Below, piece by piece: positions 28,842 to 39,396 of a stretch of DNA of 64,000 bases. The notes under the pieces are model-generated. The model had not been told where the DNA came from and did not search any database. It saw only the letters and a list, made by a program, of their open reading frames with translations. The stretch covers positions 65,371 to 129,370 of the forward strand of contig DEZB01000011.1 of the NCBI GenBank assembly GCA_002364735.1, read 5' to 3'. The stretch comes from Bacteroidales bacterium UBA3143. Lineage in GTDB: Bacteria > Bacteroidota > Bacteroidia > Bacteroidales > Dysgonomonadaceae. Both the position numbers and the translations under genes were made by a program. How positions within the stretch are numbered: position 1 is the first letter of the stretch; each line of letters begins with the position of its first letter.

Positions 28842-30119
28842 CTAATTATGTTGTTTAATTATTTCTTTATAAATATCTAAATATTGATTGGTAATTAAAT
28901 CTTTGTCATGTCTTCTTAATGCTATTGTATTTGCATTCTCACTCAATTTCATGGCTAAACTATCATTTTCAAAAATTCGATTAATTTGATAAGCTAACAT
29001 ATTATAATCTCCCGATGGAAAGAACAATGCACTTTCTTCATCCTTGACCATAGACATTACTCCGCCTACTGGAGAAACAACTGAAGGTGTACCTATCATC
29101 ATCGCCTCTCCTAATGCATTGGGACTATTTTCAACAAAAGAAGCGAGAACAAAAACATGAGCTTTTTTATATTCAATAACCATTTCATCCTCATTTAGCC
29201 TTGGAAGTAAAATAACATTATTTTCTAACTTTAAATTTATAATTTCTCTTCTCAAAAAGTTGCTATAGTCTTCCGCAATTAAATGTCTCTTAAACATAGA
29301 AGACTTTAATTTAAAATCAGATAATGGTGCGACAATTTGAATGTTTGGATAGTTAACTTTAAGGATTGCAATAGCTTTCATTAAAACATGTAATCCTTTT
29401 AGAGGATATGCTGATGATGAAATGAAAACTCGAAAAGGATTACAATTTTTTATATTCCAGCTATTACTATAAAAAGATTTACGGAGCATTTCATCTCCGT
29501 GAAAATAATGTGCAGATGGATTAAATGTCGCAACTTGAGTCTTATCCCATAACGTTCTACCTATAAAATACTGATTAATTTGTAAGATTTCTCTTTCAAT
29601 ATCCATATATTTCTCCCATCTCTTTAAAGCTCCTTTAACCCCACCTCGACCCAATAAATTTTTGAGTGATCTATACTTATTTAATTTAATGGTTGCCACG
29701 CTGTATTTTAAAAATAAATAGCATGGATGGATTAGTCCTTGTATAGAACATACAATAGGTATTCTATTATCTATATACTTTCGTAACAAACCAAAATTAA
29801 TTTCTACTCCATGAATATGGATTATATCTGGTTTAAAATCATCTATTACTAACTTATAATTCTTTATCAATGATTTATTTAATTGATTTAAATTATCTCC
29901 TGACTTTATAGGCACTGAATAATAATGTATATTATCAAAACTTTTCTTTTGATATGTTCCGTTTATTACAGGTGTAACAGAACCTAATTGGATATTTTGA
30001 TTCTTTTTTAAAGATACAAAAAGAGGAATTGTCCAAGAAGAATTTTTTTCTGGACGACCCTTCACAAAATTATAAAAAGGTTCAAATACACCCCAAGTAA
30101 TCCACAATATTCGCGTCAT
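28842..30119 (-). CDS. glycosyltransferase family 4 (GT-B)
   Basis: 425 aa. SFVENSPNALGEAMMIGTPSVVSPVGGV E-x7-E region. Confidence 0.8.
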   Translation of the reverse strand: MTRILWITWGVFEPFYNFVKGRPEKNSSWTIPLFVSLKKNQNIQLGSVTPVINGTYQKKSFDNIHYYSVPIKSGDNLNQLNKSLIKNYKLVIDDFKPDIIHIHGVEINFGLLRKYIDNRIPIVCSIQGLIHPCYLFLKYSVATIKLNKYRSLKNLLGRGGVKGALKRWEKYMDIEREILQINQYFIGRTLWDKTQVATFNPSAHYFHGDEMLRKSFYSNSWNIKNCNPFRVFISSSAYPLKGLHVLMKAIAILKVNYPNIQIVAPLSDFKLKSSMFKRHLIAEDYSNFLRREIINLKLENNVILLPRLNEDEMVIEYKKAHVFVLASFVENSPNALGEAMMIGTPSVVSPVGGVMSMVKDEESALFFPSGDYNMLAYQINRIFENDSLAMKLSENANTIALRRHDKDLITNQYLDIYKEIIKQHN

Positions 30120-30138
30120 TTCATTTTTAAATTTATTT

Positions 30139-31059
30139 TTACCTACTTGTATGTGTTTTATATTTTGAATACCAATAAAAAAAGCTTAACTTATAAAGTA
30201 TTCTTTGTCCTTTATAACCTTTTATTCCCTTCCAATAATAAGTTAACCAATGTTCGTAAAATATGGAAAGATCAATCAAATTAAATACATTAAGATTGTT
30301 TTTTCTATATTTCTCAAATATTGCTAAAATCTCTTTGTTCCTTAAATCCTCAATTAAAGGACCCCTCGATATTGAATTACTATGAACACGGTATTTCACC
30401 GTATTTTTATTCATAAAATATATTCTATATCCATTTAAGTTCACCCTATATATAAGAGGCATATCATCATAAATACGATAATCTTCATCAAAATAATCTA
30501 TCTCTTTCAATAAATTTCGGCATATAAAAAAAGTAGGAGAATTTAAAAATTCTGGCCATCGAATGTATGCTTTTAATTGACTTGCAAAAGTTTTAGCGGA
30601 AAAATAGAATAGTAAACCTTTATTTGGCTCATTTGACTTTTCATTTAAAACACCTCTACAGTTCATTTCTAATAAATTTGAAACGACAAACTTAGCTTCT
30701 GGATTTTCTTTTATGAAAAATAAATTATCTTCAATACATCTTTCCAACAAATAATCATCAGCAGCAATAAATTTAATCCATTCGCCTTTCGATCTTTTCA
30801 CGCCTCTATTGCAATTCGATGGGATTCCAGTGTTTTTTTTAGCCGTAATAATCTTAGTTCTAACAAAGCTATACTTATTCTTTTTAAGCCAACATTCACA
30901 TAGCTCTAAGGTATTATCTGTTGAACAATCATCGGTAATTATCAACTCAATATTTGAGTAAGTCTGTTTTCTCACACTCTCTAATGTTTCTAAAACAAAT
31001 TTTGAACTATTGTATGTAACAACAATTACTGACACCAAAGGTTGATTAATTACTTCCAT
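30139..31059 (-). CDS. glycosyltransferase family 2
   Basis: 306 aa. Motifs VSVIVVTYNS, TDDCSTDNT and AADDY. Confidence 0.85.
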   Translation of the reverse strand: MEVINQPLVSVIVVTYNSSKFVLETLESVRKQTYSNIELIITDDCSTDNTLELCECWLKKNKYSFVRTKIITAKKNTGIPSNCNRGVKRSKGEWIKFIAADDYLLERCIEDNLFFIKENPEAKFVVSNLLEMNCRGVLNEKSNEPNKGLLFYFSAKTFASQLKAYIRWPEFLNSPTFFICRNLLKEIDYFDEDYRIYDDMPLIYRVNLNGYRIYFMNKNTVKYRVHSNSISRGPLIEDLRNKEILAIFEKYRKNNLNVFNLIDLSIFYEHWLTYYWKGIKGYKGQRILYKLSFFYWYSKYKTHTSR

Positions 31060-32560
31060 TTTTTACGTTATTATTTTTTCTTTTTTGATTGAGGAAATCT
31101 TTAATTACTTGCTTCATTGCAATTCTTTTCTCTAATTCATTCAAAGAGTACCAACCAGAAATAATAATTAATACCACACCGACTATATAAGGGTAAGGCT
31201 GATTTAAAAACTGTACAGCTACAAAACTTATTAAAGCTAATGTCAATTGAATAAAAAACAATACCAAGAAAGATCTACCAAATGAGAAACCGTATTTTAT
31301 CTTAGCAATCACATATACCTGAATCAGGTAAAAAATATATGTTATAAGAAAAGAAAATCCTAAACCTGTCAATCCATAAAAATAATAACCAAGCATATTA
31401 AACAACAGCGTATAACAATTCCCTATTAATTCATTCCAAAAGTATAATCTACTCGCACCTTTAGCTAAAAAGACAAATGCTACTGCCCAACTTCCTGCTT
31501 TAAAAAACATACCTAATGCAGCCCAATATATCATACCTGTGACAGCAATAAATTGTGTAGAATATAGTAGTATAACAGCCCAATTAATAAATACCAAAAA
31601 AGCAATTAAAATAGGGGCTAATATTAGCACAGCAATTTCTGCTTGTTGATTCATACTTTGCTTACACAATTTATCATCATTAGCTACCGCAGCTAACCGA
31701 GGATAGTAATCTGTTCCCATTGCTGTGAAAATCATACCAACATAAGTACCAATTATGGTAAATCCTGCTGTATACAATCCTACATCAGTAACATTTCCAG
31801 TTCTACTTATATAAATACGTAGTAAATAAGCTGATGCAACTGTTACTAAACCACTTAAACTAATAGCAAATCCCATCGCAAGCATGTCTTTTCCCTCTGC
31901 TATGGTTGTAGCTTTTGTTACCTTTATGGATTTTATTCTCACCTTACGAGCAAAATACCATGAAAAAAATAAAGCAGATAGTGAAGTTAAAATTATTACA
32001 GGAACAATGCCATTTACACCAAATTTATAATACAAAGGAACAGTTATTAATAAACCTACAAAACTACCATAGAGGTTTGCTTTTGCTAAAAACTGCAATT
32101 TACGGAGTCCTTGCAATAGCACCATCTGTCCTGAACTTAATTGATTAAAAAGTAACGTAATTGAAATCCAAATAAACGCTACTGTATAATTTTTATTTCC
32201 AAATGTAATTTGACTCAACCAAGGAGACATAACTAAAGTCAAAACAGCACCCAATATCCCAGTAATCCACACCAATCTGCGTACAACTGTTATTACAGTT
32301 GAAATACGCTGTTCTTTATATGTTGCATTTGATTCTGAAATATTTTTCACGGCGCTCGTACCTAATCCAAAATTGGTTAATGCTGATATAAAACCAGTAG
32401 TAGAAGTGAGTAATCCAACAACACCCATTCCAGAGGGTCCTAATAAAACGGCAACAAATTTTGATCGAATTATTGAGATAATTATCTGAAACACCTGAAC
32501 GCCACCAAAAAGAGAAGTGGCTTTCATAATTTGTCGATAGGATGTTTGATGTTCACTCAT
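31046..32560 (-). CDS. wzx: polysaccharide flippase (Wzx, MOP superfamily)
   Basis: 504 aa with about 12-14 TM helices and a typical PST-family N-terminus (ATSLFGGVQVFQIIISIIRSKFVAVLLGPSGMG). Confidence 0.8.
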   Translation of the reverse strand: MSEHQTSYRQIMKATSLFGGVQVFQIIISIIRSKFVAVLLGPSGMGVVGLLTSTTGFISALTNFGLGTSAVKNISESNATYKEQRISTVITVVRRLVWITGILGAVLTLVMSPWLSQITFGNKNYTVAFIWISITLLFNQLSSGQMVLLQGLRKLQFLAKANLYGSFVGLLITVPLYYKFGVNGIVPVIILTSLSALFFSWYFARKVRIKSIKVTKATTIAEGKDMLAMGFAISLSGLVTVASAYLLRIYISRTGNVTDVGLYTAGFTIIGTYVGMIFTAMGTDYYPRLAAVANDDKLCKQSMNQQAEIAVLILAPILIAFLVFINWAVILLYSTQFIAVTGMIYWAALGMFFKAGSWAVAFVFLAKGASRLYFWNELIGNCYTLLFNMLGYYFYGLTGLGFSFLITYIFYLIQVYVIAKIKYGFSFGRSFLVLFFIQLTLALISFVAVQFLNQPYPYIVGVVLIIISGWYSLNELEKRIAMKQVIKDFLNQKRKNNNVKNGSN

Positions 32561-32566
32561 TATGTA

Positions 32567-33691
32567 TTAAACTTTGGAAATTTTGAAAGAGTTTATAGTT
32601 TTAACTACAATTTCAACTTCGTCATCAGTTATAACATGACTTATAGGTAAACTTAATTCTTCATTGTGTATTTTCTCTGTTATCGGATATGTAAGATAAT
32701 TCCATTCAATATAGGCTTTTTGTTTGTGAGGAGCAACAGGATAATGAATGAGTGTTCTCACACCATTAATATTGAGATGTTGTTCAAGCTCATTGCGTTT
32801 TTTACATAAAACAGGAAACACATGAAAAACGTGTGAATCCCAATCATCAATAATAGGCAAAGTCAGTGCATCATTCTTAATATTATCGATATAATAACGC
32901 GCAACATCTTTTCTACGATTATTATCTTCATCAATGTATTTAAGTTTTACACGTAATATAGCAGCTTGAATTTCGTCTAATCTACTATTTAAACCCTTGT
33001 AATCAAACTGATACTTTATAGTTGAACCATAATTTCCCAAAATCCTAACTACATCCGCAAGTTCTTTGTCATCTGTAGATACTGCTCCAGCATCACCTAA
33101 AGCTCCTAAATTTTTACTGGGATAAAAACTATGACCTGCAGCATCACCTAATGATCCTGTTTTTCTTTTTTTATATTTACAGCCCACTGCTTGAGCATTA
33201 TCTTCAATTAATTTTAAATTATATTTTTCACATATTCTTCCAATTTTATCAGTATACGCACATTGTCCGTACAAGTGAACAATCATGATTGCTTTGGTTT
33301 TATTTGTAATCGCTGATTCAATTAAATTATCATCAATTTGAAATGTTTTAATATTAGGCTCAATTAATACAGGGACTAAATTATTATCAGTGATAGCCAA
33401 TATCGAAGCAATATAAGTATTTGCAGGAACAATAATCTCATCCCCTTCTTTAAATAGACCTCTCTCAATATATCCTTTTATAATTAGTCGAAGCGCATCT
33501 AATCCATTTGCTACACCTACACAATACTTCGATCCAATAAATTCACTATACTCCTTTTCAAAATTTTTATTCTCTTCCCCTTGAAGATACCAACCTGAGT
33601 CTACCACTTTGGCTATAGCATTGTGAATCTCATCAGAATATTTCTGTGTGATTTTTTTTAAACTAAGAAATTCAACCATTTTATTTATCAA
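32567..33691 (-). CDS. DegT/DnrJ/EryC1/StrS-family PLP-dependent sugar aminotransferase (FdtB/QdtB-like)
   Basis: 374 aa. Contains the family [15 protein letters not shown] block with the PLP lysine. Lies immediately downstream of two 3,4-ketoisomerase genes. Confidence 0.85.
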   Translation of the reverse strand: MINKMVEFLSLKKITQKYSDEIHNAIAKVVDSGWYLQGEENKNFEKEYSEFIGSKYCVGVANGLDALRLIIKGYIERGLFKEGDEIIVPANTYIASILAITDNNLVPVLIEPNIKTFQIDDNLIESAITNKTKAIMIVHLYGQCAYTDKIGRICEKYNLKLIEDNAQAVGCKYKKRKTGSLGDAAGHSFYPSKNLGALGDAGAVSTDDKELADVVRILGNYGSTIKYQFDYKGLNSRLDEIQAAILRVKLKYIDEDNNRRKDVARYYIDNIKNDALTLPIIDDWDSHVFHVFPVLCKKRNELEQHLNINGVRTLIHYPVAPHKQKAYIEWNYLTYPITEKIHNEELSLPISHVITDDEVEIVVKTINSFKISKV

Positions 33692-33972
33692 TACTGCTCT
33701 TATATAACTATTATGCTTATCCTAAAATTTTTTCTGTTTATAGTAATATTTTTCTAATTGTTGAATTCCAACTATTAGGTATTAATTCCGACTTATATAA
33801 AATTTATCCGTAGTATAAATGTGGCAACTATTCATTTAAGTATTCTCATTAAGAAAAACCTTTCTAAACTGATTATTACTATTTTATATCTCTTTTATAT
33901 CTGCATAAAAAAATTATTTAGAATCACATGATCAAGCACATACATTTTAGGGATTAAAGTGTCTTCTAAAAC

Positions 33973-34392
33973 TTACTTCTCATTTTTATATGCCTTAAAC
34001 TCATTGTAATGCCTTATGTAATCTTCTTCTTTATAACGAACTGATGCTAAAACTAAACATACAGAACCTGATGAAAAATTATCTATGTTTTTCCAGATGC
34101 CAGGAACGATTAGTAATCCGTAAGAAGGTCTATTTAGTGTGAAAGTTCTTTTACTCTTACCATCATCTATCGTTACATCAAAACTACCACTTGCTGCTAC
34201 AATAAACTGCTGAAGTTCTTTATGGGCATGTCCACCCCGAGACTCTCCACTTGGAACATCATATAAATAAAATACTCTTTTTACATCAAACGGTATTGTG
34301 TCTAAATTTTCTATCACACTTATGCTCCCTTTTACATTATGATGCTTATTAATTTCTAACAATGAACAATTATTTACTGTTGATGATTTCAT
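33973..34392 (-). CDS. dTDP-4-keto-6-deoxyhexose 3,4-ketoisomerase (FdtA/QdtA/WxcM-type cupin), copy with GHAH
   Basis: 139 aa. Motifs PFDVKRVFYLYDVP..SRGGHAH, SGSFDV and LASVRYKEEDYIRHYNEF. Confidence 0.8.
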   Translation of the reverse strand: MKSSTVNNCSLLEINKHHNVKGSISVIENLDTIPFDVKRVFYLYDVPSGESRGGHAHKELQQFIVAASGSFDVTIDDGKSKRTFTLNRPSYGLLIVPGIWKNIDNFSSGSVCLVLASVRYKEEDYIRHYNEFKAYKNEK

Positions 34393-34398
34393 ATATAA

Positions 34399-34794
34399 TT
34401 ACCTTTCTTTAAATAAATCATAATCACAAATATAATCTGAGAAGTCATAATGTGTGGAGGCTAAAACCAAAGCCAATGAGTTAGTTGAGAAATTAAAAAA
34501 CTGTCTCCACAAACCATTTGGGACATACAATCCATAATAAGATCTATTTAATGAAAATGTTTCAATCTCAGAACCATTGTCAACTAAAATATCAAAACTT
34601 CCAGAAAGAGCCACAATAAATTCATGATTCTTTATATAAGCGTGACCATCTCGCATCCCACCTCCAGGTACATCATATATCCAATATGTTCTTTTGATAC
34701 TAAAAGGGATGTTATTCTCTTCAATTACTGAAAGATTCCCTCTATTGTCTAACATTTTAGGAAGATTGATCAATCTTGGTTTATCTACTATCAT
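34399..34794 (-). CDS. FdtA/QdtA-type 3,4-ketoisomerase paralog, copy with GHAY
   Basis: 131 aa. Motifs RGNLSVIEE..PFSIKRTYWIYDVP..MRDGHAY, SGSFDI and LASTHYDFSDYICDYDLF. Confidence 0.75.
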   Translation of the reverse strand: MIVDKPRLINLPKMLDNRGNLSVIEENNIPFSIKRTYWIYDVPGGGMRDGHAYIKNHEFIVALSGSFDILVDNGSEIETFSLNRSYYGLYVPNGLWRQFFNFSTNSLALVLASTHYDFSDYICDYDLFKER

Positions 34795-34869
34795 TTTATC
34801 TAAGATTGTATTATTAATTAAAATACTTTTAATGATTTAAGTGTTTGATTAAAAATCATTCCTGATTTG

Positions 34870-37278
34870 CTATTCATCACCCAAATTATATCCATAAGCA
34901 AAACCTTTCTTTAAACTATATCCATAACCATATCGTTTTCCATAGCCATATCGATAGTTACGTTTATTGAAATCAACTGAATTTAATATGAAATACATAT
35001 TTTTCAGCTTATCTTCATTATATATTATAGTTGCATCTTCAATATTCTTTTTAGGTGTATAATCCGCCCGTACAATATATAGATTTATATCAGCTATCCT
35101 ATTTAGCATCAAACTATCCGAGACCAAACCTACTGGAGCTGTATCTACAATTATAAAATCAAATTGATCTCGTAAATTTTGTATTAATTGATCTAAAGCA
35201 GGTTTAGCAAGTAGTTCATTAGGGTTAGGCGCAACAGGCCCTGCATTTATCATAAATAAATTAGGATGAATCCCAGAAGGCTTGATCAATTTATCAGCAG
35301 TTTGATGTCCTGACAAAAACATAGTCATTCCTCCTTCATTTGGCACATCAAGATAAAGTCCAAATTTTGGTTTTCTTATATCTAACTCAATAATCAAAAC
35401 CTTTTTATCTAACAATGCCAAACTTGTTGCTAAGTTAATAGTTACAAATGTTTTACCTTCCCCACTAATGCTTGAAACCATATTAATAACTTTCTTATCA
35501 ACACTATCTATTACAAACAATAAATTAGCCCTCAATAAACGGACCATTTCAGTAAAACTATCTGTTCCGTCTTCTTTCATAAGCATCCTGCTTGTTTCTA
35601 TTGTTTTAGGTATTTCACCCAAGAGGGGGACATTAGACATTTCAGCTAACTCTTGTTTATGCCCTATTTGGTAACGCATTAACTCTTTTATCTTGATAAT
35701 GATGATAGGCACGAATAATCCTAAAAAAATGGCTATCAGAAAACTAAATATCTTATTAGGTGAAACAACACCCAATATTCTCACATAGTCTATCAACTTT
35801 GTATTTGGTTCGGCTGTCGCCATATTCATATATTTTTCTTCTTTCTTTTGGAGCAAAAACAAAAACAAAGATTCTTTCACTCCTTGCTGGCGAGTAATAT
35901 CTGAATAAATTCTTTGTTGACGAGGCACTGCTCGAAGACGAGCTTTATCTACATTCAGTTGTTGCGATAAATCACTCAGTGTAATCTGTAGATTTCTTTT
36001 TTCGTTCTGCAAACTCGATCTAACAGTTCTATACATTGATTCTATTTGGTTGGATAGATCAATCATAGCTTGATTACTACTGGATGCAACCCGTGAAAGT
36101 TTTGTTTTTTCCATTACCAAGTTGTTATAGTTTGAAATCATGCTATTCAAACTTTCGCTTCTAATTCCAGAATTAGCAGGAAGAAGTTGGTCACTGGGAT
36201 CTTGATTTTGAACAAAGTTGGACAAATCTGAAACAATCGCTAATTGCGTTTCAACATCCATTTTTCTTTGTTCAATTCCTGAAGTTTGAACATTGTATAG
36301 ATTTGACTGACTTGCTAAATCTGTAATTCCTTGACTTTGTTTATAATCCTCCGCTTGTGAATCAACAGTACTCAACTCATCACTTAATAAAGAAAGATGT
36401 GCATCAATAATTTGAGATGTTTTATCCGCTAAATCAAGTTGATCACTCAACATTTCCCTGTTGTAAACCTCAATTAGATGCTCCATAAATTCTTTACCTT
36501 CCATCGCATTATAACTCTTTAAAGATAGTGTTACAACAGATGATGTTTTAGAGGTTACCTCCATTTCAAGACTATTTATAAATTGATCGGCTACTCTTAT
36601 TGGATGTTTTATTACAACTTCTAAGAGCATGTTATCTTTAGGTTTAAAACCTGTTTTAAAAACATTAATTTCACCAAAAGGGAATGTAACTACACTATCT
36701 TTTAAAAACGATTTTACTGTGTAAGAGTTATTTAAATGTTTACCAGAAAATTCATATGATCCATTAGAATGAACCAAAACGCTAAGTACAATATCATCCT
36801 CTATAGCATTTAGCATAGTTTCGGATAAAGTAATATGAATAGGGCTTTCACTCTTATATAAAACTTCTTTTTTGTATCTAATTATGTTCAATAATGAACT
36901 TATTTGTATATAAGTAGTATAGTTTTCTAATTCACGCACAACCTTATCTGCTATTAATGAACTACCCAACATTTCCATTTCATTCTCTACATTACTTTTT
37001 TGAGTAATAAGACCCATTCCATCAAATGCAGGAGTTGTTGATGAGCCACTCCCTTTCTGTGAATCTTGAAACAAAACGGACGTTTGAATCTTATAGACTG
37101 GTAAGGTGAACTTAACGTATAATACAGCTAAGACAATAAAAGCAACAAGTGAAATAACAAACCATTTCCAAAAAGATAGGTATTTAATAAAAAGTCCTAT
37201 AAAATCGAATGATTTTTCCGATAATAATTTAAATTCTTCTTCTGGTTTTGAAAGTTTCATATTTGTATTGTTCTCCAT
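34870..37278 (-). CDS. wzc: polysaccharide co-polymerase / BY-kinase (Wzc-like chain-length regulator with C-terminal tyrosine kinase)
   Basis: 802 aa. N-terminal TM helix, long coiled periplasmic domain, second TM helix, Walker A SSISGEGKTF. Tyr-rich tail YRYGYGKRYGYGYSLKKGFAYGY. Confidence 0.88.
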   Translation of the reverse strand: MENNTNMKLSKPEEEFKLLSEKSFDFIGLFIKYLSFWKWFVISLVAFIVLAVLYVKFTLPVYKIQTSVLFQDSQKGSGSSTTPAFDGMGLITQKSNVENEMEMLGSSLIADKVVRELENYTTYIQISSLLNIIRYKKEVLYKSESPIHITLSETMLNAIEDDIVLSVLVHSNGSYEFSGKHLNNSYTVKSFLKDSVVTFPFGEINVFKTGFKPKDNMLLEVVIKHPIRVADQFINSLEMEVTSKTSSVVTLSLKSYNAMEGKEFMEHLIEVYNREMLSDQLDLADKTSQIIDAHLSLLSDELSTVDSQAEDYKQSQGITDLASQSNLYNVQTSGIEQRKMDVETQLAIVSDLSNFVQNQDPSDQLLPANSGIRSESLNSMISNYNNLVMEKTKLSRVASSSNQAMIDLSNQIESMYRTVRSSLQNEKRNLQITLSDLSQQLNVDKARLRAVPRQQRIYSDITRQQGVKESLFLFLLQKKEEKYMNMATAEPNTKLIDYVRILGVVSPNKIFSFLIAIFLGLFVPIIIIKIKELMRYQIGHKQELAEMSNVPLLGEIPKTIETSRMLMKEDGTDSFTEMVRLLRANLLFVIDSVDKKVINMVSSISGEGKTFVTINLATSLALLDKKVLIIELDIRKPKFGLYLDVPNEGGMTMFLSGHQTADKLIKPSGIHPNLFMINAGPVAPNPNELLAKPALDQLIQNLRDQFDFIIVDTAPVGLVSDSLMLNRIADINLYIVRADYTPKKNIEDATIIYNEDKLKNMYFILNSVDFNKRNYRYGYGKRYGYGYSLKKGFAYGYNLGDE

Positions 37279-37281
37279 TTT

Positions 37282-38100
37282 CTATCTTCTTGTTGCAGTG
37301 AATATCGTAACTCCCATGGTAGCTAATGAAATTAAAACTGAAATTGATGATATTCTAAAAGATTCAGCTGCACCATATTTTGATGAATTCGCCCTTGATT
37401 GATTTGGTTCTACATATACTACATCATTTTGTTCTAAAAAATAGGCTGGAGAATTAATGACGTTTTTGTCATTCAAATTCAACGTGTAATATTTTTTATT
37501 ACCATCTGAGTCCTCTCTCAAAACTTTGACATTCTCTCTTTTTCCATAAATAGTCATATCTCGTGCTAAAGCCAAACCTTCGAAAATAGTTAATCGTTCA
37601 TTAAATGTGCTATAATTACCAGGAGCATTCACTTCTCCCAAAACATTTATTGAATAGTTGTTTATCCGAATTGTTACAATAGGCAACTCTTTAGTGAAAG
37701 CTGGTTTAATTTTCTCTAAGATGTAATTTTCTAAATCTTTTTTAGTCATATCTTTAACATGTATTTTCCCTAAAACGGGAAAATTAATGTTCCCCTCATT
37801 ATCTACAAGGTATGGCTGTATTGCAGGCTGTGAAAAAATCTGGTTCGTCATTGACATTGTTTGTGTCTGAAGCTGTGGTGTAATTAAGTTATAAATACGA
37901 GAAGCCTCAGGCTCCGTACTGACCACAGTTATTGTAAGTAAATCTTTTGGTTTAATTTTAGCTTCATAAAACAGACTACTATTGTTTTCAATCTCTTTTA
38001 TTCGCTTCTCACTTTGTTGCATATATGCAATATTTTCCACACTACTACATGCGGTAATTGAAAGTGCAATAATAAGTAATAAGGGTATGCTCCTAATCAT
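37282..38100 (-). CDS. wza: polysaccharide export outer-membrane lipoprotein (Wza/Poly_export + SLBB)
   Basis: 272 aa. Lipobox SITAC-SS, IKPKDLLTITV and a PVLGKIHVKDMT-type motif. First gene of the operon, 3 nt upstream of wzc. Confidence 0.85.
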   Translation of the reverse strand: MIRSIPLLLIIALSITACSSVENIAYMQQSEKRIKEIENNSSLFYEAKIKPKDLLTITVVSTEPEASRIYNLITPQLQTQTMSMTNQIFSQPAIQPYLVDNEGNINFPVLGKIHVKDMTKKDLENYILEKIKPAFTKELPIVTIRINNYSINVLGEVNAPGNYSTFNERLTIFEGLALARDMTIYGKRENVKVLREDSDGNKKYYTLNLNDKNVINSPAYFLEQNDVVYVEPNQSRANSSKYGAAESFRISSISVLISLATMGVTIFTATRR

Positions 38101-39396
38101 AATTAATCAATTTTTTAATATCAAGATGTTTTTTATGAGTAAAATTGTCTATCAATTCAATAAACACATATGAAAGATATATGTTTAAAAAAAACATAAG
38201 AACATATAGTTTTATCACCATGATAAATTAATTACTATTTGAAATTTAAGATTATAAAAAAATATCTATGAAATATTATCTATTATAATTTATATAATTG
38301 AACTAATACAAAAGAGGACAATTTGATTTAAAACTTAGTATTAAATAGCAATTTAATTCAATATCACTAATCTTTTTCCTATAGCATAACCTTTACTGGC
38401 ATCATCTGGAGTTATGGTGACAGAAATTGGTGATAAAAATAATCTAATATTTTTATCATTAAAATTAAATACGAACATTGTATTTGCCTCAATACTCATA
38501 AGTGATATGTAGAACGTTTTATTCAACAAATGTCTTAGCAATATATTTCTAAATAACAGATTTAATAAAACTTCGAACATCATAAAATGTCACTTGATAG
38601 ACTTAACAAAACTACTTAGAAAGTCGGTTTTGTAAGATGGTTTAAAGTGTAAAGTTGGTTAGAAACAAAATAATAGCGTATTGAATAATAACTAATATTT
38701 AGAAGCTCACGCAATGTGATATTGGGTTTTTGGACCAATTTTAGGAAAGTGTAAGAAGCTATATAAAAAATGCCCGACAAAAAATAATTACTCGTTCTAA
38801 AGAGAAAGTGACAAGTTACTGGTCATTTAAAATGATGGATTAAAGAAAATTAGAAAGATGAATATTAGGTTGAAAGTTAATATATCCACTTAAAAGAAGA
38901 TTTTGAGATGGTACTTAGCGTCTTTAAAAATTGAAAGAGTTTTAAGTAATAATCCTTCTCTCCAGTAAATATGATTTTTAGGTATAAAGGAGAGACTCTA
39001 ATGAAAGAATTGACACTTTAAAACTCACAAAAAAATCTTATTTCGCAATTTATTAGCCAAACACACTTAAAACATAACCTACAATGTTAATATTCATGCA
39101 TATTTACACTCGTATGTTTGGGGTTAACAACTGAATTACTATTTTTGTTCAAAAAATAATCATTAAATGTTTTCAATTTTCATATTCAATTCTATACTAA
39201 TAACTTATCAAGTAACTTCTTTATAATAATCAAAATTTTTAGCGTATGAGTAAATAAATTAAACTGATTAAAAAACAAATTCGAATTATCAACAATATAA
39301 TTTCTTAAAAATCACACAATCTTCTATTTTAGAAATTATTCATTAAGGGCTGAATACATTATTCACCTACATTTCAAAATTTAAATAACAAAACAA

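Noticed and set aside
38353-38583. 76 aa minus-strand ORF in the wza upstream region
   Set aside because: It has no recognisable domain, signal or promoter logic, and its composition is typical of AT-rich non-coding sequence. It could at most be a decayed remnant. The flanking 8 bp inverted repeat atatcact/agtgatat is too short to be meaningful.
38954-39021. Shine-Dalgarno-like aaggagag followed by a 6-codon mini-ORF (ATG 39001, MKELTL) as a leader peptide
   Set aside because: Bacteroidota generally do not rely on SD sequences. The mini-ORF is very short and has no obvious attenuator structure downstream. The tctctcc/ggagaga 7 bp inverted repeat explains the purine tract.
38101-39396. Invertible promoter flanked by inverted repeats upstream of the capsule operon
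   Set aside because: I scanned the region by eye and found only 7-8 bp inverted repeats (for example tttatca/tgataaa at about 38211..38227). Nothing is comparable to the 19 bp pair at 62117/62302.
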